Assembly: GCA_037447605.1 (NCBI GenBank)
Contig: CM074809.1
Span: 2,656,689-2,720,688, forward strand
Source: Zygnema circumcarinatum SAG 698-1b
Lineage: Eukaryota > Plantae > Zygnematophyceae
Direction: 5' to 3'
Length of the DNA stretch: 64,000 nt
Below, piece after piece: positions 51,126 to 62,699 of this stretch (positions within the stretch are counted from its first letter, which is position 1; each line of letters opens with the position of its first letter). A program made the position numbers and the translations under genes. The notes under the pieces are model-generated. The model was not told the origin of the DNA. It searched no databases and saw only the letters and a list, made by a program, of their open reading frames with translations.

Positions 51126-52755
51126 GATGGGCTGCTTCAGCGCTTTTATGTTTATATTCTTCTGGAATTCTTCACTGGAAGTGATGGAGAGTGCGGAGGC
51201 AACCTGCTTATTGCGGCTGCATGTGAGGTCTCGTTTGGAATTGCACTTGAAAGTTTAGTTTTTCATCCTTATTTGCCATGGCATATGTAATCTATGCACA
51301 AAGGGCCATGGATACCGTCCAAGCGACTTTCCCCTGCCAGGCGAAGCACGCGCACCTCTCCCTCTCACCCTGGAAGGACCTCCCTCCCTCCCGCAGCGAT
51401 GACTGGGCGGGCCCTGTCTCTGCTGCAGGCGAATTTTACTTCAGTTTCGGCTTGTCCTGGAGGGGGGGAGCTTCGAGAGAGGAGAGTGAGCAGAGAGAGG
51501 GCAGAGGATGGCGGGAGGGAGGGAAAGAGGGAGTGAAGGAGGGAGGGAGGAGGGGAGAGAGAGAGCGGGTAGAGAGGGAGGGAGGGAGCGGGGAGGGAGG
51601 GAAGGAGGGAGGGAGTGGGGAGGGAGGGAGGGGAGGGAGGGAGGGAGGGAGGGAGGGAGGGAGGGAGGGAGCGACGGGCGAGGCTCCGCTTGCGGGCAAG
51701 AAAACCGTACGGACGGCACGGGTGCGCGCGCGTTCACTGGGGCCTGACGTGGCGCCACGCACTCGGAAGCGACGTGTCGGCCGCAGGCTCCTTCTGTACC
51801 ACGTGGCACGCCAGGATTGGTCTCACCTCGCGGCTACGGCCGCGGCGGCCTCTCATTGGCCCGCAGCTCCGACCGGCGCGGAAGCGTTCCTGGCTGGACC
51901 CTGTTATCGGCCGTACAGCAGGGGACCAGGCTGTCCGTACGACGGGACTAGACGAACGAATCCGGAGGCTGCCACGTGGGCACCACATATCTGTGAAAGG
52001 ATTTGGGCGTACGAGTGGCAAGCGGGATCCCTTAAAAGGACAAAGGGAATCCCTGACGGATATGAAAAATCTTAAAAACGAATCAGAGTTCGTCTAGAGA
52101 TCGTGCTGACTCGGCGACGTCGATACGGCGATCTGGAGTGTGGCCCTTCCGAAAGGTAGAATGTGGCGACGCAGAGGAGGACATATGAAGGGGAATTTCA
52201 GCTTGGGCGACTGTTAACTGTCGAACGGGACGGGGGTCAGGTGCCATAGATCGTTAGGCAGGGCGTTGCTCGTGCGGTGAAAATGTCCGTGGAATGTTTC
52301 TAGTGCTGGCCCAGCAGCGGCCCTGTTGGGGCTCTGTGTACGGTAATACGGTAGTACGGTACAGGAGGTCCGGGTCCCTGCCTGTGCGCAAGAGGCCGGT
52401 CCTGGTCCTGGATGTATGTATGTGTGGCTGCAGAGTGGAAGGGGACGGAGGGGTGGCTCGTGCGGTCGTCGACGACGGGCCAATGTCCGAACATGGAGCA
52501 CGTACTGTACCTCAACTTGCCGTACGAATGTTGAGGTTCGCTGGGATGTTTGGCCAGTAGCCGTTTTAGTTAGAGGAACTTTTTCTACTCGACTAATGTT
52601 CCGTGACTACTGACTAGATCGCCTCCCCGAGCCCCCATATACTGTTATACTGTTACTGTTATACTGTTTTCGATCGACCGGAGGGTCCGCTTGCACGTAC
52701 GCAAGCCTCGCTCCCTATTTCGGCGGGCGGTTTAGGACTCATCCCGACAATTCGT

Positions 52756-53115
52756 GTGGCGCCTTCTGCGTTTTTGGGTAGTTGGGCTCTCGTTGCTCCT
52801 ATTTTGGCTTCGCGTTTTATTGTGGCTGATCGTCCGTTGCTTCAGTCTGTTGTCGCTCATGTTGATGATGGTGATCTTCCGTTTCAGGTTGCATTGCGTG
52901 ACGCCCATGGTTTGCTTCCTGCTAGTGCTCAGGCTCGTGCGCCCCCGTTTGTTTCGCTTGCCGTCGAGTCTGTTCCACGTGTCCAGCTCACTTTGACTGA
53001 TGAGGTTGTTGCTGCTGAGTTCTCTACCCTTATTGCGGCTCTTCCTTCTGATGTTGCGCGTGCTCGGCTTCGCTCTTGTGCGGGTCCTGGGGCTGGGGCT
53101 TGGTTGGCTGTTACC
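52756..53115 (+). mobile_element. Non-LTR retrotransposon ORF fragment (post-RT region, CRE/NeSL-like), cut by an assembly gap
   Basis: Stop-free APSAFLGSW...ARARLRSCAGPGAGAWL resembles the AFLAS...ARLxSxxGxxAGAWL region downstream of RT in early-branching non-LTR elements (recognition from memory). An N-run follows at 53116-53125. Confidence 0.6.
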
Positions 53116-53220
53116 NNNNNNNNNNGCTCCCTCCTCGCGACGTGCCTCACATCGGTGACCTTCGCGGCTGCTTCTAGGGCTGCGTTGTTGTGCCTAGGCG
53201 TAGTTTTCCGCTCCTAGCTT

Positions 53221-53322
53221 CGTTTTATTGTGTTTCGGTCCTTTGTGACCAGTCCTTCGTGGTTCCACATTTTGCCTTTATCCATGTAAATTTGATGGCC
53301 TCGCCATCGCGAGTTCAATGAA
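53221..53322 (+). repeat. Longest copy of the dispersed hairpin motif, with ~100 bp of shared 5' flank
   Basis: Aligns over ~100 bp with the reverse complement of 2650-2750 (GACCAGT..CGTGGTTCC.CAT..TCCAT..ATTTGATGGCCTCGCCATCG). Confidence 0.8.
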
Positions 53323-54349
53323 AGTTTGCGTTGTATACTGTTAGTCTTACAGTCTAGACTAGTAGGGCTTGTCAGCCATGAACAAACATCCAGGGTTTCA
53401 CTTATCGAAAGAGGTACTGTAGTTGCTGTTTCGTTGATACTAATTACCTTCAAGGGAAAGACAAGGGAATACTAATTTCGAACTCTATTTTTCTCGAAAT
53501 AAGTCAAGATTCTCTCTCGTACGGCGCCATGTAATCAAGTACAAAGTATCTCCGCGAGCCTCCCAAATTTGCCCGTTACCACGAGCGAATCCCCGCATCC
53601 GTACGCCCACCGCTTGTACGGGCGCTTTCCAATTCCAGCGTGGCTCGGCGAGCGGCTGTCCGTACGGCCACGTCGGCAGGCCCGGGCGGCCCTGCTGGCG
53701 CCTTGGCCCCGAGCGCCAGCAAGGCGCCGCCGCGGCCAATCAGCGCGCGGCGCCCGCCGCCTGGCAAGGCCGACGCGGGCGGACACCTCGGGGTCATTTT
53801 TGTGAATTGTTCAATTTGCCGAGTAAGTTCGAACAAGCGGCCTCTGGGAATGAACATAAGTTCCGCCTTGAACATGAGTTGAATCAAACATCTCCCCTTG
53901 AACATGTCCCCAACAACAAGGCTCTTGGCTTGGGAATGCTGTGGTTCCTTTGAACCAATTGCAATGCCCGCGGACGTCAGATTTCAACTTCGAATGGCTT
54001 CAATTGTCAACCTTTTTGCAATAATCATTTTCTTTTTTTTTGTCGTCGGCGGTACGGTTGGGCACGGCAATCTGAATCTTTATCTGAACGACCGCAAGAG
54101 GAGATGAGATTTCTCCCCCGTACGGCATCGCATCCAACAGCGTCTGCGATGGTTTGTCGGCGGACCTCCACGCCGTCACTCTTCTCGGTATCCGAGCGAG
54201 GCAGAGGGAGAAATTCCATTAAGGGGCAGAGCCTTCTCTCTCTCCCACCCCCTTCCCCCTTCCCTCCCCCCCTCCCTCCCTCCCTCCCGCGCCCGCGACT
54301 GCACCGCCACGGCTTCGGAGCAGGCCTCTCGCTAAGCGCAGGGGCCGCC

Positions 54350-55622
54350 ATGGACGGCAAGATGATCGTCACAGTGAGGCACGAGAAGGTGGCGGATCCC
54401 GCCGCACTGGGTCTCGCCTCCTTCGCTCTCACTACCTTCATGCTCTCAGCACACAACGCGGGTGAGGGCTCTCTGATCGCACGTGCTGTCGCCTTGGCCC
54501 GTCTCTCTTACAGCTGTAGTTCTAGGGACTGTGCCTCCTATCGAATTAGCTGACATTCTTGAGCGTGTTTGCAGGGTGGGCGCCCGATATAATATGGGTG
54601 AGTCTGGCGTTGTTCTACGGCGGAGTAGTGCAAGTCTTAGCGGGCATGTGGGAATTTCGGCGCAACAACACTTTCGCCGCCACCGCGTTCTCGACTTATG
54701 GCGCATTTTGGCTCTCGCTTGCCGTCTTTGTGCTGCTGCTTCTCACTGGCCTCGTGAGGAAACGCTGGAACCTCTCTTTGGAATCCCTCAAGTTTTTGGA
54801 CTTCTGTGATGTTAGGCTCGCATTTTTTTGTTCTTTTGCATGGGTCGGACATTCCTGAACCGAATTCGTTCCAAAATGGATCTTCGGAGCTCGTTAGCCG
54901 TGTTATAAAGGAATTGTCGAAATATAATTCTGCATTGAGGCGGAAACCATCTCAAAATTCAGCGAAATTGTTGACATATTGAACAGTGTCAATACAGACA
55001 CAACATAAGCTCATCGTTCAAGATATGTGTTGCTGCAGGTTCCCCCCGAGGTCGATTTAAACCGCGCTCTCGGCTTCTTTCTTGCCTCCTTTTTCATATT
55101 CAACACTTTGCTCTTTGCTGCCTCCACTATGATTTCCAAAGCCATTTTCGTCGTCTTCCTGCTTCTAGAGGTGACGTTCGGATGCCTTTTCATTGGCCAC
55201 TTCTGCCATCAATCAGCCGGAGAGCGCCCCTCCTGGACGGTGGCCGGAGGCTACATGGGCATTTTCACCGCCATTGGAGGTAAATGCTTTAATAATGAAT
55301 TGATAATTGCGACGGATTTTTAAGAAGACATTTGAACTGAAATGCATGAGAGGCCTGTTCTGGTTGATAAATAACAGCAACAACAACAAAAACAACGCAA
55401 CAACTATCATAGTGTAGACCATTCTGCTGTTTGGTAGGCGTGGCTTGCTAAGTGACACTCGCGCGAGCTTGGTGGTTTGCAGCCTGGTACTGTTCGTTTG
55501 CGGTTTTGATGAATGAAACTGCGAAGAAGGTGATCATACCTGTGGGTGCACCGTTCCTGAGCTTTAGCGACGCTGGAGGAGCGCATCACAGTGGCTTATC
55601 AATGAACAAGGAGGACCTGTAA
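54350..55622 (+). CDS. GPR1/FUN34/YaaH (SatP/Ady2-type) acetate/carboxylate transporter
   Basis: Exons 54350-54461, 54575-54753, 55039-55279 and 55483-55622 join in phase. Motifs: [62 protein letters not shown]. Six hydrophobic segments. Confidence 0.93.
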
Positions 55623-57282
55623 AGCATAGCTAGATGGACTGATGTTTTTATTTCCTTTGTCTTAGTTCTAGTATATGCTATTGCTGGAATGCATTCCCCG
55701 CTTTTTTTTCCCCAATTTAAATTATTAGTTTTTTTGTGAGATAGCGATTTCCATTCCTGCTCAACCAGCTGAGCAATCAGCTCTGTATTGGCGTTCAAAG
55801 GAAGGATTTATCTTCACGGCCGATCGTGGATGCTATAAAGAGGGTCGAAATCGAGGGAAAAGAAGTTTTGTAACTGCTTTTTTTTTTCCGGAACGGAAGA
55901 AAACGAGGGGAAGGGAGAGGGCCGGGAGTCGGAGAGGTAGACGGGGTCGAGGGCGAAGGTCCAGGGGCGAAGGGAGAGGGAGAGGGGGCGGGATGGGGAG
56001 AGGAGAGGGGCGAGAAGGAAAGGATGATGGATGTTCTGGGGAAGGTACAGGGGGATTGGAGGTAGAAGCAGAGAGAAGGGGAGATGGAGAAGTGGGAGTG
56101 GGAGTAAAAAGTATTGGTATCTGCATATTTTATCAAGATTTATGTGTAAACTTGCAAAGAAGATCCTAAGGAAGGCTATTGTACATGTAACATGATAGAA
56201 TGCGTTTACTTGCGTCTCTCTACGTCTGTGCAATGCGCCATCCAGGAATAGAAACATTCCAAATACGCGAGTGACATCACGATAATCCACAATCGATCAT
56301 CCTCGCGTACAGTGCCATGGGGCCATGGCTAGTGAAACATCTCTGACCCTCGCTTCCTCAGCAAGAGCGCCTACTGTATCCCAGACTGCACCATTGAGGT
56401 TGGCGCTGAAAACATGGACGACCCGCCTCAGACTCTCCTTCCTGCCCTGCCCTGCCCTGCCCTGCCCTGCCCTGCCCTGCCCTGCCCTGTGCTTTGCTTT
56501 GAGCGCCGTCTCCGACCCCTCCTCCCGCCCAGTCCCGCCTCCACTACGGCACGGCCGCCCGATGCCTGCGTCCCCCGCCCTAACTTTTCTCGCCTTTCGA
56601 GACACGCCTGCTTTGCTTTGATTTGCTTTGCTGCCTTTCCTTCTATCCCGCGAGCCGATACCGACAGCTTGCCGTCGCTCAATATATCGAGGCGATACGG
56701 CTTGGCGCCCGCCCAGAGGGCCTGCCTCCGTACCGTACGAGCGGTGCCATGTTGTTGCGAGACGGGCTGGTCGCGACCATTGGTTGGCGGATCCGGCCAG
56801 CCTCCCGCACTGGTTAGTCTGGCACCCGCCAACCCTTGCTGACCATAATCCCGCCCGCCCCCGCTAGCCAACAAGCATTTGCTCTCCAAGTGGTTTGCCG
56901 ACCGTGGGCCGTGCCGGCCCCAGGCCCTGCCCTGCATTCCACGGTTGGTTCGTTGGTTCGTTGGTTCGCTGTCCGCTTGCTGCCTGTCTGCCTGTCAGGG
57001 ACTCAGGGTTCTGGCAGTCTCTAGTCCCTCCCTTTGCCCGCCCGCCCGGCCTCGCCCGGCGGCGGAATGCGACGCGTCGGCGGAGTCGGAGCGTCGCCGC
57101 CGATCGAGTTCGGAGGGCCGTCCGTCCGCGGGCCGCGTCACGTCACTCCGCCGAAACGCCAAGCGAGTCCGCCCGGCGGCGCCGCGAATGCGAAGGGGCT
57201 GGCTCTGGCGGGCGCTGGCGGGCGCTGGCGGGCGGGCTTTGACCGCGCCGGGGAGGAGGGGAGGGCCTGCCGCCGCCGTGAG

Positions 57283-57289
57283 TATATAA
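57283..57289 (+). promoter_or_regulatory. TATA box of the secreted Cys-rich protein gene
   Basis: TATATAA sits at the edge of a GC-rich island, ~75 bp upstream of the ATG at 57363. Confidence 0.6.
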
Positions 57290-57362
57290 CGGCCGGCCGC
57301 CGCTGTGTGGCATAACGTGCCTGCAACCAGCAGCTGCTTCTCGGCTGTCAGTGCGAAGGGCT

Positions 57363-57707
57363 ATGGCGTCGGTGAGGACAAGCGGCTGTCTGCTGGGCCT
57401 CCTCACGCTGCTCCTTGTGGCCACGCACTGCAATGCGGTAACCAGCCCTACGGCGTGCGTGAGTCCGGGACCTAGTGGCTACACCTGCGCCTGCACGCCG
57501 GTTGACCCCGTGTTTGGCAGCTTTGTGAACTGGGACGAAACGTGCCCAGGAGGGTCTAAGTGCTTGGGCTTCCGCTGCTTCATCAACCGCTGGCTCATTG
57601 ACCGCGATCTTGACGGTGAGAAGTGGTGGAGGACCCTCCAGAACTGCGCGACTAAGCCGAATACCGTATGTGGCGGTCTTGTGACCAAGGTCACTGCAAA
57701 AATGTGA
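57363..57707 (+). CDS. Intronless small secreted cysteine-rich protein (114 aa), no family recognised
   Basis: Signal-peptide-like MASVRTSGCLLGLLTLLLVATHCNA, then a mature part with 8 Cys. Upstream TATA box; ordinary amino-acid composition, unlike the GC-island ORFs. Confidence 0.7.
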   Translation: MASVRTSGCLLGLLTLLLVATHCNAVTSPTACVSPGPSGYTCACTPVDPVFGSFVNWDETCPGGSKCLGFRCFINRWLIDRDLDGEKWWRTLQNCATKPNTVCGGLVTKVTAKM

Positions 57708-58934
57708 GACTGCAGAGCTAGGGGTGCGCTTGCCTGCCATTGTCTTGCCGTCTGAAGGAAGTTTGCAGTACGTAGAGAAGGGTGAAGGGGCTTTTTATCG
57801 TTTTCTTTGGGGGCGAAATCTGCCTTCTTACAAAATGCACTGGATGTAGGTCTGTGAAGCTGTTTACGTCGTTTCGGGGGGTTTCTGTTTTCTTTTAAAA
57901 TCGTGGAAGTCGGGTTCATGAAACATTGAGCTCCCTCTGTGAAGGGTTGAAGAATTGTTGAAGTATAAATCGATTTTCGAATATTTGATTGGTTGCTTCA
58001 ACGTATTTATGTGCGTGTCGATGACGTTCCAAAGTATGTTTTTCTTTAAATTCACACTGCCAAGGTTTATGTGATGAATGATGTCAGGAGTTTATGTTGT
58101 CATGTGCTCCATCCATGTCAAGCATCCGTAGTGGCAGCCTGCTGTACACGTCCCCACCTGCATGTAAGGGTACAAGGGGCGCATCTAAAGATAACGCTCC
58201 GGAAATACTATTTGACGTAGCAAAAGCAGCGGCAGGAGTGAATGTAACAGAAAAAGCAAACTTCAACCTGGGTCAAGTTGAAGACTAATGAAAATTCACT
58301 GACCTCACTAACGAAAATCATAGACAAGCTGGTGAAGAAGCCGTCAAACAGACCAACCCCCCGTGACATGGGTCCCTGGTTCGTTCACGCTCCATCTGCT
58401 TCCCCAATTACCTCTGCTCCATGACACAGAAAAACAACCATAATAGTTATTAATCAAATTTATCTCAGCAACAAAAAAAATACTTAGGATACTTGCTGCA
58501 CTGAATCGTAACTGGTTAAAAGCCAGTACCCTGTGAGCACCAGTAATACACACTTTCGAAGGAAATGGAAGTGGCAGTAATCTCACGTTGGCGATGCCAT
58601 CAAATGGAAATGGAATTTTTTCAAAAGTGCACCAATCAGAGAAGTTGCACAGATGTCTGACAATAGAACAGAGTACATGGTCAAGTTTGACTTGTGACGT
58701 AAAAGCTCGATCCCACCTTGCCATGCCGCCCGAGATCATCCCCTCTGCGTGACCCCCCAAGAGCTAACTTCTTAGCAGCTGAGCCCTGAACCGTCCATCT
58801 GCCAGCAGCCTGCGTGGGACCCCTGGCCACGAATATCGGCCGCAGCCATGGAAGTGCCGCCTCTGCCATCGTATCCCACGGCCTGCCTGCCTTCCTGCCT
58901 GCCTTCCTGCCTGACCTGTCAGTCCTTGACCATC

Positions 58935-59436
58935 GGAGTCAGACCTTGACCATCGCCAAATCAATTTCGTAAGCCTGTCGGGCGAATTAAGCGTTGGCTA
59001 GGTACGCATTTCGGTACGGCTGGGCTCGGCGGAGCCGCGGATCCCGAGCCGGAATTCGTAAACGAAAGAAGTGACTTTTAGTATAAGGAATTCGGGAATT
59101 TCGTAAGCGATGGTCAAGGCCTGACTTGCCCCCCTCGTGTACGAATTCCGGGTCGGGATCCGCGGCTCCGCCGTACCCATCCGTACTGAAATGCGTACCT
59201 AGCCAATGCTTAATTCGCCCGACAGGCTTACGAAATTGATTTGGCGATGGTCAAGGTCTGACTCCCCCTAATCGCCTTATTTTGGGCCCTTTTCGTAGGC
59301 CTTTTCGTAATACGGACGGGACAGTCAGGTTCGGGGAAGCCGCGGTTTCCCAACCAAATTCTGCAATCGAAATGAGTACCTTTAGTATAGGGAATTCGGG
59401 AATTTCGTTAAGCGATGGTCAAGGTCTGACTCCCCC
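58935..59436. mobile_element. Cluster of GGGGAGTCAGACCTTGACCATCGC-terminated MITE copies and half-copies
   Basis: One ~200-bp full copy (58935-59134), an inverted half copy ending at 59268 and another half ending at 59436. Homologous to 37784-37948. Confidence 0.7.
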
Positions 59437-59586
59437 TATTGTAACGCAAGAGACAGTCACGGATCCATGTGATGCTGTCCCGTTATCTACCCGTGCTACT
59501 TTGAGGGTGGTCATTGTAAGGACGGGTTTTGAACTGAACTGAAAGTGAAACTGCACTATGGACAAGGACGGCCCTGACCCGTTTTG

Positions 59587-60877
59587 AAGGAAAGGCCGTC
59601 GGCTTATTGCAGATGCCACTGAAGGTGTAGGTGTGTGCGTTTGTAGCTGAGTTGATGTGAGGGGGAGCCCCGTGAGTATCAAGTATGGAGGTCGACGCTG
59701 TAGCGGAAAGACTGAGAATCTTGGGAGAGAAAAACTCTCAAGGTCGGCAGCGACAAGGGGCGAAAAGAAAGGCAGCAGCAGGAAAGAGGGAAAGCTAAGT
59801 GGAGGGAGGAAGCGATGAGAAAAAAGTCCCAGGATCAAGTATGGAGGTCGACACTGTGGAGGAAGTGTCGCCTCCCACAAAGGCCTTTGAGAGGGAGCAG
59901 CGTGGCAGGCCGCCCGGTGGTGGAGAAAGAAAGGGAGCTAATTGAAGGAGTTGAATGAAATATTGCTTAAGGTATTGTCTAACCCACTAACACTGAATAG
60001 CGTGGAAGGGATTTGAGAGAAAGTGAGGGCTTTGTGTGTTTGGGGGACGACTAATTATAGAATCAACCAATTTATGCTTGTAAATTTTGTGTTGCGACAT
60101 TAACTTTTTTTGGTTCGCATCACGAAGTCAAGAAGTGGTGTAAGGGTGGAGTTCCAAATAGATAGCAACTCTTTGAGAGTTGTATAAAATTCATCCCAGC
60201 TTTTAGTGGGCATTATGTTTCCCATTGGCGAGTAATTTCAACTCCTAATTTTTAAATATGCGTGATTATTGTTGTCTTATCATGGATACATACGTGGTGT
60301 GCTTTGTGGCTTTTGGAGTCTTGGTAGAATCATGCCTTTTTAGGCAGTCGCACAAGTATTAGTTCGTCTACCTATTTTTTTTTTCCTTTGCTTCTTTTAT
60401 GTTAATTTAAATGTTGATAACAATGTCAAATCCCTTTCACGCTATTTAGTTTCACTGGGTTAGGCGATACCTTGGGCACTTTTTCAACCAATTCCTTCAA
60501 CCAACTCCCTTTCTTTCTCGTCACACCGCCTGGCGGCCTGGCGCGTCGCTCCTTCTCAAGGGCTTCTTTGGGAGGCGATACCTCCTTCACGAGTAGAGTG
60601 TCGACCTCCATATTTGATTCTGGGGATTTTTCTCACCGCTTCCTCCTTCCACTTGGCTTTCCCTCTTTGCCTTTTCATTAGCTGCTGCTGCCTTTATTTT
60701 CGTCCCTTGTCGCTGGCAATCTTAAGAGTTTTTTCTCTCCTATATTCTCAGTCCTTTTCGGTACAGGTTCGACCTCCATACTTGATAATAACAGGGCTCA
60801 CTCTCACATCAACTCAACTACAATCGCACACACCTACGCCTTCAGTGGCTTCTGCAATAAACCGACGGCCTTTCCTT
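59587..60877. repeat. Long imperfect inverted repeat (arms 59587-60016 and 60426-60877, 409-bp AT-rich spacer)
   Basis: The arms align by eye along their full length (e.g. ATCAAGTATGGAGGTCGAC, GGCCGTCGG.TTATTGCAGA, GGGATTTGA) with many substitutions. Confidence 0.85.
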
Positions 60878-60941
60878 TCCTTTTCCCTTTCCAGCAAGTG
60901 GGAGAGGGAGGGGGAGAGAGGAGAGGGGGACCGTGACCTTG

Positions 60942-62040
60942 ATGTTCAGTATAGAGCGGCTCAAAGAGCGAACAGGACGCTATGGAACCCCTCGCTTCGA
61001 TTATTTACAAGTACATTCATTCTCACGGTCATCTTTTGCTTCTTTTGGATCGCAATCACCTCTTGTTTGTTCTCTTTTTTATAAAGGTGAACCAAGATGC
61101 ACTCTTCCAATTGTTGCTTGTTGTATTTTCCGTTGAATGGCCTTTGCTGCATTTTTTTGGGGATGTTTGTGGGGGGGAATCGAAGCAACAGGAGCTGGTG
61201 ACAGAGTTTCAGACTATACGAGATGAGAGTGCGCAGTTTACCTAGTTCTTTGTCTATTCTTATGGTCAGAAAGTAGTGTTCTGCATTTAGGAAATGCTTT
61301 GCATTGCGATCGGAAACTATCTCCGCCCGTCTCTCAGAAATGTATGCTTTGTCACTCTCTCTCTCTCCTCCTCCGTTCTCATCCCCGCTCTTTCCCCTAA
61401 CCCTCAGTTCTGTAGTGCTCGCAGAGGTGAAGGAGCAGATAGTCACTAACCTTGCCAACTTTGCTTATGACCCCATCAACTAGGAGCATTTGCGTACAGT
61501 AAGTCTAAGGTAGCCCCTGCCTCATGTAATGGCATCATTCGTATGCACAAGCCATATTCTTTTGTTAGTTGCAAAAAGCCATTTAGGTCCTTCCAGCACT
61601 TTTGGATGACCTAAAGTCTGTTTTACGTTGCATGATGTATTTAAAGGGTCCCTCTCCGGAGGTCGTCAATGATGTGAAATTGTATGTTCAGGCACCAAAG
61701 TGATCCTTTATGAAGGATCGGATTTAGGCTTAAATTTCAAACGAGAGAGCATCCTTTATGAAATGTAGTATATTTTGCACCTCACAAATGTGTCTATGTA
61801 CCGACTCCTTTTTTGTAGGATTGGGAAGAGGAGCAAAGTAGAAATCGAACTGAAGCACCGTTCAATGTTTTGGAGTCGACCAGATTCACTGAGCGGTGAT
61901 AGTTCATCAGCTGACTGTTTCAAGTTTTGGTTAAGTTTGGTGGCAGTTACATGTGTTGGACCTCTTCATTGACTGTTTAACGGAGCCAAATGAAAAACTT
62001 CAAGAATTTGGCATGGGAGGCATTTGCAACTGTTGCCCTT
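60942..62040 (+). pseudogene. ARMC7: ARMC7-like armadillo-repeat gene with in-frame TAG at 61481; 3' half not found
   Basis: Exons 60942-61010, 61192-61228, 61425-61498 and 61947-62040 give MFSIERLKERTGRYGTPRFDYLQELVTEFQ...[52 protein letters not shown]. Confidence 0.72.
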
Positions 62041-62699
62041 GTAAGTTGAGGACGGCTTTGTTTGTCCTAACAGTTTGAAACTGAAACGAACTTCTTGCTC
62101 ATAGTGTGCTGGCCATTGGATTTTGAGTGTTGGTCAACTACAAGAACAAAAGCTTAGCGTAGGAAAGCTGAAGATGAATTGGGAGCTTTCAGAGTTGTAT
62201 TGGCTTCCAAATTTAAGGAATGTTAAGCAGCGAGACACGATGTCCAAACCTTGGCAACTGACTGAAAGAATGATGTGTGGATTGCTGGCTGGGAAAATGG
62301 TGCGAAGTTTCTGGTTAAAGTAGCAGGCGAGGAGCAGGGCGACTAGGGTGAGTATGGAGAAAAGTGCTCCTTGTGCAGAGGACAGTCGGAAGCTGAGTGG
62401 GATCAAGGTAACTGCCGACCAGCCAATGGAGGAAGATCAGAGTCTTGAAATTTACAAAAAGTTCAAGGAGGTGAGAAAGATCTTGATTTATACGCCAAAA
62501 AGAGAAATTTCATTCTATTTTTGTGTGCTTTGACTTTTTTTCTGTTTTGTTTCAAGGATGCAACTGACACATGCAGTAACCCTGCGTTGCAGCTCCTATG
62601 GGAAAGTTCGTTGGACTATTCAGCGCAGAATCTTAAGCTGCTTCACTAGCATTTGACGAAGTCTGATTATCAGCCGGGAGAACTTCATCATCTATGTAG

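Noticed and set aside
55795-56605. Possible minus-strand gene (pyrimidine tract, protein-like stretches such as LWIIVMSLAYLECFYSWMAH)
   Set aside because: I could not assemble a consistent exon chain or recognise a family; too weak to call.
58094-58288. Protein-like 64-aa ORF (EILFDVAKAAAG)
   Set aside because: Short, with no recognisable motif, promoter or linked exons.
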